Shown in pieces: positions 33,961 through 43,852 of a DNA stretch of 64,000 bases; the first letter of the stretch is position 1; the number at the start of each line of letters is the position of its first letter. The stretch spans positions 96,001-160,000 of the forward strand of contig CAWJTV010000024.1 of NCBI GenBank assembly GCA_963845755.1, read 5' to 3'. The notes under the pieces were generated by a model that saw only the letters and a program-made list of their open reading frames with translations, searched no databases and had not been told where the DNA came from. The DNA comes from an uncultured Planctomycetota bacterium (lineage in GTDB: Bacteria; Planctomycetota; Planctomycetia; Isosphaerales; Isosphaeraceae). A program made the position numbers and the translations under genes.

Positions 33961-33997
33961 CAGATCAAGCCGCGCGGTCAGACATATGTCCGGATCT

Positions 33998-34080
33998 CCG
34001 GGGCTCCCCGAATCGGGGGAACCCGCCTCGTCCAGGGGCTCACGCCCCTGGCTACGTGCTTCCGCCCCCATCCGGGGGCT
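33998..34080. repeat. Right part of the REP-like palindromic element
   Basis: Reverse complement of the 26079-26128 arms. Confidence 0.85.
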
Positions 34081-34502
34081 CAGGAAGGGACTTAGGGAAC
34101 AGACTCTGATGGGCGCCCGGGGCGTGCCAGAAGATGTAACGTTCCTTGTACTGGAAGTCGAGGTGGGCGACCGCCATGCTCGTGTCCTGGTAGATCCAGA
34201 TGGCGATCACCGTCCGCGAGGCGGAGTCCCTGGCGAAGGCCGAAGGGGTGAAGATTTCGATCTGCTTTCCCTGCTGCATCCCCTGCAATACCGCCCGAAC
34301 GGCCGACCGGCTCCGGTGCGCTGATCGCGCACGATTGCCCCTCGGGATGACCGCGAGCTCGTACTGCCCGACCGGGATGGTCCGGTGAAGCAGATCAGGC
34401 AGCAACGGAAAAGACTGGAAACTTGGTCTGACCCCGACCTGCCATTTACGACTTCCGAGCAAGCTCGAAGGCCAAGGCCAGCTCCTTGTCTTCTCCCTCT
34501 AG

Positions 34503-36150
34503 GAGCCTGTCCGAGAATTCGCCCGTGTCTCGCCTTGGCCCCTGGGTTCCCACCGGGCCTTGGCCATTTCGGCCTCGGCCGCGCCCTCGGCGCGCACTAT
34601 CCCACTCAACTCTCGGCGGCGGCGCAGGTGTGGCGCCAAATCTTCAGTAGATTGTGGGTCAGGCAGATCAGTTGCCACTCGGCGGAGACTTTCTCCAAGC
34701 CACGGAGCAGAAACTGGCGAATCCCCCGCGCGAATTTGATCTGGCCGAAGACCGGTTCGACGATCTGCTTCCGCGCCGCGTACAGGGCTTTGCCGGCCGC
34801 CGTACGCAGTTTGTGCTGCATCTTCTCGTTCACACTCGCTTCCGGTGCGGGAGCCGTCGTCGCCGACGTCACCGCAGCCACGTGGTGCTTCTGACGCTCA
34901 ACAGCCACATACGGGTCCATGCCGAGCTGCTCCAGTCCCGCCACCGCTTTCGCGCTGAAATAGCCCGTGTCCGCCGTGTTCGGAATCGGCGTCGGGGTCC
35001 CGTCGCTGGCCATCGGCCGCGGGATCCCAGCCGCCTCCAGATTGTTTAAGGCTGCTTGCGCCATCGGCACCGCCTGTTCCTTGTCGTTGGGCGCTGAGGT
35101 CACGTCCGGGGCGACGATGATCTGGTGCGCGCCATCCACCACCGCCTGGGCGTTGTACGAATAATCGAACCCCTTGTTGCTCTGCTTCATGATCTTCGCT
35201 TCGGGGTCGGTGAAGTTCATTTGCGCCTTCTCCTCGGGACTCGGATCGATCGGAGCCGGTGGCTTGCCCCGGCGTTTGCGGCCGTCCGCTTCCCGCTGGG
35301 CTTGGGCCTGATCCCGGCGGCGTTGTTCTTCGTCCGCCCGGGCAGCCGCCTCGGCTTCCAGCCGCGCTTTCGCCTCGCGAATCTTGGCCAACCGATCGTC
35401 ACGCCGCTTCAATTCCGCCGGCAGTTCGTCGCCGCGACGGCTCCCCAACGCCGCATCTTGCTCGGCGTCGAGCTGCTCAGCTTCCTGGAGCATTTGCTCG
35501 ATCTCGGCCTTCAGCCGTTCGATTTCCTTCCCCATGTAGCCGTAGCTCATCGCCTTGTGCCGCGAGGCGTTGGCCCCCATCTTGGTCCCGTCGGTGGACA
35601 GGTTCCCCAACTTGACCATCCCCAACTCGCCCGCGATGCGCAGCACCTCAAGGAACAGGGGCCGCAGTGCCGCCAGGTGGATCTTGCGAAAATCGCTGAT
35701 AGTGCGGAAGTCGGGCCGATCGATACCGACAATGGCTCGGAACGCCAGATTGCGCTCACAGGCGGCGGCGATCTTCCGGCTGGAGCGGACACCGATGCAG
35801 TAGGCATAGACCAGCAGCGTCACCATCATGGTCACGTCGAAGGGGGGTTGGCCGCGCAGTTCCTGGGCATAATGCTTGTGGAACGGAGTGAGGTCAAGCT
35901 GCGGGATGAGATCGATGAGGAAGAACACCAGATCGTCTTCGGGGAGCGCCTCCCGCGGCGAGATGGCGTCGTGACCATTCTGTCGAGGGTCCCAGGCTCG
36001 GTAGGTCTTGCGTCGGCCCTCCATGATTCGGCTCCCCGATCAGGCACCAAGGTAGAGGAAAGGTCGGAAACCCGCATTGTGCCCGAACCGACTCCGTCCG
36101 TACACCTGGCTCATCCGCGACAATGCGGGTCAGAGTTCTCAGACAGGCTC
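34503..36150 (-). mobile_element. IS1182-family insertion sequence
   Basis: IRs GAGCCTGTCCGAGAA / TTCTCAGACAGGCTC; CTAG duplication at 34499-502 and 36151-54. Confidence 0.92.
34606..36024 (-). CDS. IS1182 transposase
   Basis: LL.YAY..G.RSSR.I, PDFRTI.DFR, DGTK..ANAS, TDPEA.IM, YNAQ, AD.GY, Y..RK..VEPVFG.IK. Confidence 0.93.
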   Translation of the reverse strand: MEGRRKTYRAWDPRQNGHDAISPREALPEDDLVFFLIDLIPQLDLTPFHKHYAQELRGQPPFDVTMMVTLLVYAYCIGVRSSRKIAAACERNLAFRAIVGIDRPDFRTISDFRKIHLAALRPLFLEVLRIAGELGMVKLGNLSTDGTKMGANASRHKAMSYGYMGKEIERLKAEIEQMLQEAEQLDAEQDAALGSRRGDELPAELKRRDDRLAKIREAKARLEAEAAARADEEQRRRDQAQAQREADGRKRRGKPPAPIDPSPEEKAQMNFTDPEAKIMKQSNKGFDYSYNAQAVVDGAHQIIVAPDVTSAPNDKEQAVPMAQAALNNLEAAGIPRPMASDGTPTPIPNTADTGYFSAKAVAGLEQLGMDPYVAVERQKHHVAAVTSATTAPAPEASVNEKMQHKLRTAAGKALYAARKQIVEPVFGQIKFARGIRQFLLRGLEKVSAEWQLICLTHNLLKIWRHTCAAAES

Positions 36151-37636
36151 CTAGCAATTCCTCGATGGTATATTCGACGGGACAATCGGGGAGCACTCCG
36201 TGCGCTTTGGCCGGGTAGCCGCGGACAGCCATGTAATAGGTCATCAGCGGCACGGCCACCTGGACCTTCGAATGGGGCAAGGTCAGCCGAAGACGGGGGC
36301 CAGAAGTGTTGCCATAATAACCGCCACCGGACTCTTCGCCGATGAATGTTGCCCGCTTGTGAAAGTGGGCATGTGACAGGAACTCGGAGGTCGTCGAGAA
36401 ACTGCCACCATTGATGAGAATCAGCACCTTGCCGCGAAATGGCGGCTTGCTCGGCTGCTGCATTCCCCAGTTGGGATGTTTGACCATCCGGTACTTCCCG
36501 TCGGGCTGGACCTCAAGGAGGTCGGCCGGCAGCGGTTCCGTGTGGTCGGTGTACTTCTGGAAAGTAAACTGGCGCGCATTGATCACCAGGTCGTCATAAT
36601 ACTTGAACGGCTCATCCAGGAGGTAAGAAAGCAGTAACTTGCCCAACTCGTCCGCGCCGCCGCCGTTATCGCGCAGGTCGAGGATGAGCGATTTCGTGCC
36701 GCTCTCGTTCATGGCCTCGAAGGATTCACGGTAGAACTCCCTGAGCGACTTCTTGCGACCGTATCCACGAAGCCGCCAAATCCGTTGATCTTCATCACCG
36801 CAATCTTGCCCTTGTCCCTGAGCTTGAACTCGCCTGCTGCCTCGGCACGCTGATCCTGTGGGAACTTGGCGCGGGCGGCCTCCTGGAGCCGCGGTAGTTC
36901 TTTCCCCTCGAGATGCACCGTGGCCTCGCGGTTCTCCTTCGCGTCCCAAACGCTTACCTCATAGGGATTCTGCACCCCCAACAGCGCCGGGAGTCGACGG
37001 GCAAGTGTCCAGCCACTCATCCCCGATATTCGGCCGGTCTGACTGTCGCCATCTCCCGGGGTGGTTGCCAACATCGTCTCCACGATCTTGGCGGCCGGAA
37101 TGCCGTTTATCGATCGAATCTCCCGCCCCGCTAGGGTCGTCGCGCCGTCGGAGAAGTCCCGAAGGATATAGACCTTGCCTGCGAGTACACGGATCCGAAG
37201 AGGTAAGAGAAGCACCTTGGTGCTGTATGCCTTTTGCATTTCCTCGGGCAGGCCGACACCCGTGTGACCACACTTGATGGCCGCGACCACCGGGGCAAGA
37301 ATCCGATAGAACTCGACGGCATTCATCGGCCTGATCAGGGATTTCTCAGCACGGTCGAACAAACCGTCCAGTTCTTCCTTGGCAGTGTAGCGATAGATGC
37401 CGCTGTGCCCCTCTTCCAGCGCTTGCCGTGCGAGTCGGAAATCGACAACCAGTTTGTCTGGCTCGATCGTTTTTCCCATCACACCGGGCGGTAGCGAAGC
37501 TTCGGCATTGGCAGCATGTTCGTCCGGCCTGCCCGCCGCCAAAGCGCCCGTCCGTAGCATCGGGCCGGCCAGGAGCGACATGCAAAACACCGGGCTGATC
37601 AACGTTCGCAGACGGTTCATGGATCCCTCCGGTAAG

Positions 37637-38323
37637 TCAGACGTTCTTCTCGGATTCCGCTTGCACGAGAGCGTGCAACCGCTGAGCACTTCCTCGCCAA
37701 TTGCGGCGAACCGCCTGGCGCGCGGCAGGCAGGGAGCGGCCGGATACGGCCTGGATGATCGCGGCATGTTCACGGAAGGATGACAGTGCCCGGGCGGCCG
37801 CATCAAAATAAGCAAGCTCCACACGTCGTAACTTGGTCCTGAACTGACCCAAGAGCGCACTTAACTCCCCATTGTTCGCCCGCTCGATCCAAACCTCGTG
37901 AAAGCGTTCATCAGCAATGACCGCGGTCGCGGGATCCTGCAGCTCGGCAGCCCGCCGCATGGCTTGATTGGCCTCGCGCATCCGAGTCACGTCCTCGGCA
38001 GTTAAACGCCGAATCGCAGTCTCCAGCGCGAACAGTTCCAGGGCTTCGACAATGGCGTAGATTTCCGTGGCCTTGCTTATGTCGATGGGCGCCACGCGTG
38101 TCCAACGGTTCAAAGCAGTTTCGACCAGGCCTTCATCCTCCAAGCGGCGCAATGCCTCCCGGACGGGAGTCCGGCTCACGCCCACCGTGGCCGCAATGTC
38201 CTGATCCCGGAGGAGTTCCCCAGGCCGGAGCCTACCGTCGATAATCCAGGCGCGAAGACGACCGTAAACTTCTTCACGAGCGAGAGTCCGTGACAGCTTA
38301 CTCTCGGATTGCGGCAGCGGCAT
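37637..38323 (-). CDS. GntR (FCD) family transcriptional regulator
   Basis: LR..I..G.L.PG..L...GVSRTPVREAL.RL..EGLV, D..FH, EH..I. Confidence 0.92.
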   Translation of the reverse strand: MPLPQSESKLSRTLAREEVYGRLRAWIIDGRLRPGELLRDQDIAATVGVSRTPVREALRRLEDEGLVETALNRWTRVAPIDISKATEIYAIVEALELFALETAIRRLTAEDVTRMREANQAMRRAAELQDPATAVIADERFHEVWIERANNGELSALLGQFRTKLRRVELAYFDAAARALSSFREHAAIIQAVSGRSLPAARQAVRRNWRGSAQRLHALVQAESEKNV

Positions 38324-38350
38324 GCCCTTGTTTCCACCGTCAACAATTGG

Positions 38351-38366
38351 ATGTTACATGTAATAT
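38351..38366. promoter_or_regulatory. Palindromic operator upstream of gntR
   Basis: ATGTTACATGTAATAT near-palindrome 28 bp upstream of the start codon. Confidence 0.6.
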
Positions 38367-38433
38367 ATCACTCTCGGCTCGCGAGGACAAGTCCTGAAGT
38401 CTGAAGCCCCAGGTCTGCGGAGTGGCCGGTCCA

Positions 38434-39160
38434 GTGTGCGCGGAGAGGATCGTTCGACACGATCGACCGCGGCCATTTACGAGAGTTCCTCAAGCGTCGG
38501 GTGCGCGATGGTGTGATCCTGCGACTGATCGGCAAATGGCTTAACGCCGGGGTGCTTGAGGAAGGGATCTTAACGATCCCTGACGACGGCACACCTCAAG
38601 GCGGAGTCGTTAGAGCGCTTACCTTTTGCATTGCACACGCCCTGAGGCGCTGCGAATTCACCCCCCCGAACCCCCCTTCGCAAGGGGGGGACAGGAAACG
38701 GGCTTTTCCCGATCAATATCCCCCCCTTGCGAAGGGGGGCGTTCGGGGGGGTTCTTCGGGAGCAGGCTTCACGTGTGGGCCGCCCAACTGTGAGGCGTCT
38801 AGCCCTCTCTTGGCCAACATCTTCCTGCACTACGTGCTGGACGAATGGTTCGAGAAGGACGTTCGCCCTCGCCTGAAAGGAGAAGCCTTCGTGATTCGTT
38901 ATGCGGACGATTTTGTGATCGGGGTGGCCCGAGAAGACGACGCCCAGCGCATCCGGGAGGTCTTACCCAAGCGGATGAGCAAGTACGGCCTGACGGTCCA
39001 CCCGGAGAATGGAGAAGCGATACCGTCTTCCCCGCGCCCGAGTGGTCCACGGCCTGCGGAGCGGCGTAGCGAAGTCATGAGATGAAGAGCCAGATGTGTT
39101 TAACGCACACGTCTGGATCTGTGGGGGGCCTGGGTGGGTGACCACCCAGGTCTACCCGGC
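38434..39160 (+). mobile_element. Decayed group II intron: RT fragment plus domains V/VI
   Basis: FDTID, GTPQGG..SPLLANI.LH..LD, RYADDF, L..HPE; DV GAGCCAGATGTG..CACACGTCTGGATC at 39087-39119; DVI ends CTACCCGGC; possible GTGYG 5' end at 38434-40. Confidence 0.85.
38614..38799. repeat. MITE-like palindromic insert in the RT gene (TAG duplication)
   Basis: TAG at 38611-13 and 38800-02; nested CCCCCCTTCGCAAGGGGGG hairpins; removal restores GGVVSPLLAN. Confidence 0.85.
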
Positions 39161-39174
39161 CCGACCTGCTCTGG

Positions 39175-39787
39175 TCAGGGCAGGATGTCGTCAACGGCGA
39201 TCGGGCGGAGCCGATGGCCGCCGATCGTGACCAGGATCTGCTGGCCGGGGAGGTAGTCCTTGCGCGTCTGGTAAACGCCCTTGGCCGGACGCGTGTAGAC
39301 CTCGACCTGGCGGGCGACCAGGTTGATGATCCAGTAGACGGGGCTCCTCCCCTTGGCGTAGGTCGAGCATTTCTTGACCCGGTCCTGGCTCAATGTCGAT
39401 TCGGAGACCTCGACCACCAGTGCCACGTCGGTAGCGGTGGGGATCCGACGGCGGTAATCGGCGTCGGATCCCCGAACGATCGCGATGTCTGGCTCCGGCT
39501 CGTCATACCGGGGAATTCGCACCGGCTCTTCCTTCCGCGACGTCCACCCGGCCGGGAGCCGGCTGTCCAGCGCCTTGAGGGTTTCCTTCGTCGAATAGCT
39601 ATGTCCTGCATTCTTGCCCATCTTGTCCACCATGTAGCCGTCGATGAGTTCGACCCGACTGGGGTCTTCCAGTGCACCCGCCTCGATGATCCGCTCGTAC
39701 TCGTCGACGGTGATCCGGTGGAACGGCGGCGTTGCCAGTGGGGGCCGGGGATGAGGCCGTCGGTCGAGTCGCTGTGGCCGTGGACAT
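39175..39787 (-). CDS. Uma2 family endonuclease (probable frameshift near the start)
   Basis: HRITVDEY, VELIDG, EPEPD.A.V, LVVEVS..L..DR..K, YWIINL. Confidence 0.88.
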
Positions 39788-40074
39788 GGGGTTTGCTCCG
39801 TCTGTCTCCGGAATGGGGCCGCGGTTTCTGCCCTGACAGCCATCCTGTTCGATCCGTCCGCAGCACGCAAGTCGGCCTTCTACCATCCGGCGGGCGTTGG
39901 CGGGCCAGGACGATTCCAAGGCGGAAGCGTGCCGACCCGCCGTCGGGGTCCTCACGCGGCTTCTTCGGGCTGGGTCCCCTGCCCCGCCGCCGCCTCGGCC
40001 TGTGCCAGGGCCTCGCGCAGCGCCAGGATCTTGGTAGCCGCATCCTGGCATAGGCCACGCCCCTTGAGGCGTAC

Positions 40075-40292
40075 TGGCGACTGGCGCTGGATGACCCATC
40101 GCGGGATAATCCGTGGTACCCGACCATGCGGATCTTCCGTCAAATCGAGCACATGGCCTGGGGTCCGGTCTTCGAGCGGATGGCGATGGTGCCGATGCGA
40201 GTGCGGACGCCCTCGGTGATGGTCGGGATCGCGCCGGTCGAGCTGCTGGACAAGATCGCCATCCTGGAGATCAAGACCGAGCGGATCACTTC
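40075..40292 (+). pseudogene. Remnant of a TPR-glycosyltransferase C-terminus plus a DUF6165-like start
   Basis: DWRW..PWYPTMRIFRQ..W.PVFERMA followed by ELLDKI.ILEIK.ERI; ends at AGGATGA x3. Confidence 0.55.
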
Positions 40293-40527
40293 AAGGATGA
40301 AGGATGAAGGATGAATCAGAAGCTGAGAAAGGCGGAAGGTTGAGTGAGGACCAGGCCTTGTCGCTGGATCCCGGGTCCCTTCGTCAACCAAGCATGGGTG
40401 GAACTCCGGAAGACACCGGAATTGAGGCGAGCCTCTTTCGGCCCCTCCCCTCCCCTGCCCTGCCCTGTCCGGCCCCTTCGCTTCCCCCCGCCCGATCGCG
40501 TATTGAGATCGGCGTTGCGACCGGAAG

Positions 40528-40989
40528 TCACGCGGCCTCGCCGTCGGAGTCGCCGCGGTCGAAGGACGGTTCGGCGTTGCGTCCGCCGCGACGTTCTCGC
40601 GAGTCGTAGAGCACCATGGAGGCGACGATGGGCCGCAGCAGGTCGTTGACGACTTCGGAGCGGTCCTTGCCCAGGTGGATGGCGTAGAGCCAGAGCTTCT
40701 TGTCGAGGTCTTCCTCGATGGCGAACATCCGCTGGACGCGCTTGGGCTTGGCGGGCTTGACCCGCGAGGCCCGCGACCGTGACGAGGGCGCGGCGACGGC
40801 TCGGGGCGCGGCCTCGACCTCCGGCGGTGGGGCGGCATCGTTCGGCTCGGCGGGGCTCGCGGGCTCGGCGGCGGCGGCCGGCTGGGCGCCGAGCCGCCGC
40901 TCGAACTCGGCCTCGGTCATGCTCGGCCGGGTCAGACCGGTCCGGTTCTCGGGACCCGGGATCCCGCCACGTCGCATCGCACTGCTCAT
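40528..40989 (-). CDS. Small partition partner protein with a ribbon-helix-helix-like C-terminus
   Basis: Downstream of parA; disordered Ala/Pro-rich N-part then VQRMFAIEEDLDKKLWLYAIHLGKDRSEVVNDLL. Confidence 0.7.
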   Translation of the reverse strand: MSSAMRRGGIPGPENRTGLTRPSMTEAEFERRLGAQPAAAAEPASPAEPNDAAPPPEVEAAPRAVAAPSSRSRASRVKPAKPKRVQRMFAIEEDLDKKLWLYAIHLGKDRSEVVNDLLRPIVASMVLYDSRERRGGRNAEPSFDRGDSDGEAA

Positions 40990-40994
40990 CTCTT

Positions 40995-41080
40995 TGGTCC
41001 TTGAGTCATTAAGTCCTTGAGTCATTAAGCGAGGACCCGGGGACCCAAGGACGCGAGGACCCAAGGACCCAAGGACCAAG
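40995..41080. repeat. Opposed 8-bp tandem arrays (parS-like)
   Basis: GAGGACCC GGGGACCC AAGGACGC GAGGACCC AAGGACCC AAGGACCA preceded by TTGGTCCT TGAGTCAT TAAGTCCT TGAGTCAT. Confidence 0.75.
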
Positions 41081-41083
41081 AGG

Positions 41084-41887
41084 TCAGGATGCCTTCAACA
41101 TCGCGTCGGCCGGCTCGGCAGCGGCGAGATAGGCGCGGGCCGCCGCACGGTATCCGTCGGCACCGGCGCCATACGGGTCGTAATGGATCAGGGGCATCCC
41201 CCGCGCATAGGCCTCCCGGAACTTGACCGAGGCCGGGATCACGCGCTCGTAGACCCGCGGGCCGAAGTAGGCCCGGACCTCCGACTCGATCTGCTTGGAG
41301 ACCAGGGTCCGGTCGGCTCGCGTGATCAAGACCCCGGCGATCGTGAGCGGCCCGGCGTCGGTGAACTCCAGGCGGAATTCGCTGACGGTCCGGATCAGGT
41401 CCTCCAGCGCCCGGACGCCCGCCAGTGCCGCGACGCAGGGATCGATCGGGATCAAGATCTCGGCGACCGCATAGAGGATCGCCACGTTCAACGGCGTCAG
41501 GACCGGGCTGGTGTCGACGACCACGGCATCGTAGCCATCGAGCCCCTTGAGCAGCCGGCGGATGCGGAACTCGCGCCCCTGGCCCAGGCCCTGCGCTGCC
41601 CATCTGCTCCGAGCAGAGGCTCAGGCGGTCGCCGGGAGGCACCAGGTCCAGCCCGGGATACTCCGACGGTACCGCCACCTCGTCGAGCCGGAGCCCGTCC
41701 AGCAGCGCATCGGCCAGCCCCACGGCCGGCGCCCCCGCGCGAAGAACCCCAGCGCGGCATTCCCGGAGGGGTCGGCATCGATCAGCAGGACGCGACGGTC
41801 GAGCTCCACCATCGCCGCCGCGAAGTTGATCGCCGTCGTGCTCTTGCCCACGCCCCCTTTGGCATTGGTCACCGCGACGCTTCGCAC
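41084..41887 (-). CDS. parA: ParA family ATPase (frameshifted)
   Basis: [33 protein letters not shown]...G.P..Y. Confidence 0.92.
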
Positions 41888-43541
41888 GAGCACCCCCCTT
41901 CCCCACCTCGCGGCCCCACGAGGCCGCCGGTTCCAAACCGAGAATCCACCGTGTCTTATCGGACCGATCATGGTCCCTTGTTGAGTCGATCCCTCGACGC
42001 CCAGGGACCTGGGTTCCCAGTCGCCTCGACACCCAGCCCGCTCGATCCCAGGATGCCCGGCAAACTTGCCGAGTCGGCACCAACATCTTGATGTTCCATG
42101 GTGCCTCGGTCCCTCGATCCCTGGATGCCCGGCTCGATGGGCATCGAGGCTTCTTGAGAGCTGGGAACCAGCAGGTCCAGTCTTCAGCATCACCTTGGTG
42201 CCACGGTCCCCAGAAACCAGGGAACCTTGTCTCATCCCGCGACGAGGTATCTTGGGACCACTGTCCCATCGTTATGAGAGGTTTCTGTGAACCCCGATTC
42301 ACTGGCATCCAGCGACCGAGGACTCCACGCCGGCAAGTTGTCGACGGGGACTCGGCACCTTCTCCTCATCGGCCACCTTGGTCCCTGTGCTTGATCGGTG
42401 GCTCGTCAACCCGTGATCAAGTCCGTCATCCCACCAACGTTCCGCATTCAGCATGGTCCCCAGTTCCGCGAGCTTCCCAGGTGCTCGGGACACCTCGATT
42501 GACGTCAGACGTTGGTGTTGACCTGCACCATGCACCAAGGTTCCATCGCGAACTCGAGACCTTGATGCCCTGGTAACCTGGATCCCCAGGGAATCGGGGT
42601 ACCTCTGGAAACTGGGAACCCCGTTGCTCGATATCGCTCGACCCGCTTGATTTCTGGACAGTCCAGGGGTCAACAAAGACGGGATCCTTGGTATCATCTC
42701 CGTCTATGCACCATGGGCCTCGAGGTCCCGCATGGGCCCGGGTACCTTGGTTTCAACCGGGCTTGATGCCGAGGCGGCTTTTGATCAAGATTTCAGGATG
42801 ACTATGGTGCATTGATCTTCAAGGCAACACGACGACCTTGGAACCATGCTTTCAATGGCCCCCATCGACCTCGACACCAGGGAACTGTTGGATCAAGGCC
42901 TCGAGTTTCCCGCTTCCCATGGCGTTACAGGCGGTCCAGGTGCCAACATCCCCGCAGGAACGAGCCGCCAACAGGGTCGATTGACCGTGAACTCTCGCGA
43001 TCCAGGTGCCTGTGCGCCCCGCTGGACCAAGGTCAATTGCGACCAGGGGAGCAACTTGCCTTGATGGCAGGGCCGCCGGGAATCCTTGATCCTTTAGGGA
43101 ACTGGGTCCCTTGAAGTCCGGGCGCAATCGAGAGGTTGCTCCTCAACCGGCCATGATTCCAGGTTGCTGCTTATCCCATGACGACCTGGCTCACTGGTAA
43201 ACTGGTGCGATAGACGCCTTGGAACCTTGGAGATCCAGGCTGAGCGAGCCGCGGGGAGCTCATCGCGGAATTCCGCCGGCATGGCAACGGAGAAAAACGC
43301 GGAGAGGGCAGGGGGGCGCATCCCCCTTTGCACGGAACTCGCCGCAACGCAGAGGTCGGGCCAGCCTGGGTCGAAGCCTCGCAGGCGGCCCGCCCGCCCG
43401 CCCGATCACACCCCGATCGGCGGTCCCTCCGGCAGTCGCGAGTCGCGAGAGCAAGGAAGCCATCTTTGGTTTCGGCTGGCGACTCGGCGCTGGCGACTCA
43501 TCAGGATGTCCCAAAAAGGGGAAAAAAAATCGAGTGCGCTC

Positions 43542-43571
43542 TTGACATGAGTGATTCCTCGTATGCATGAT
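43542..43571 (+). promoter_or_regulatory. Possible sigma70-type promoter for the giant gene
   Basis: TTGACA-18 nt-CATGAT with TG immediately upstream of the -10 element. Confidence 0.4.
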
Positions 43572-43852
43572 GGCAAGGAATTGTGCAGTCATGCGATCTG
43601 CCCGATGGTTTCTAGGGATTGCGAAGACCAGGCAAACTCGACAGGAAATGGCGAAGTTTCCAGACGGACTGAAAACCGGCGGTCTCGGGACGAGAAATTT
43701 GACACCGCCACGTTGAGCCTGCATGTTTTGTCGATTCCTTGAACCTTACCTGGCCTCGGCGTTTAACGCAGGCCGCACAATCGGAATCCCCGCCGCAGGT
43801 GTTTCGCGGTGCTTTGATAGAGGCGACCAAGGCGAGAGTGGGAGGAACGGTC

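Larger units (their letters stand above)
26211..33995 (+). mobile_element. DUF1670-pair element (native ~1.93 kb) with CT core and sub-terminal IRs, carrying two nested IS
   Basis: IR GACATATGTCTGACCG at 26219-26234 and 33975-33990; CT at 26209-10 and 33996-97; removal restores the REP arm. Confidence 0.85.
34446..37620 (-). pseudogene. S41 family peptidase interrupted near its C-terminus by IS1182 (also frameshifted ~36750)
   Basis: Signal peptide, CGHT, LILDLRDNGGG, SFSTTSEF, IGEESGG, GVLPD; removing the IS restores ..IEELLEGEDKELALAFELARKS*. Confidence 0.88.

Noticed and set aside
25965..34445. Minus-strand fragments 25965-26075 and 34081-34445 as one gene split by the REP/DUF1670 insertion
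   Set aside because: Both look protein-like, but I cannot assign a family or show frame continuity.
38501..39085. RT as a retron, DGR or defence RT
   Set aside because: It is a fragment directly followed by group II intron DV/DVI; no template/variable repeat pair or msr-msd was seen.
40294..40314. AGGATGA heptamer repeats (similar ones at ~63325-63385)
   Set aside because: Short simple repeats with no evidence of function here.
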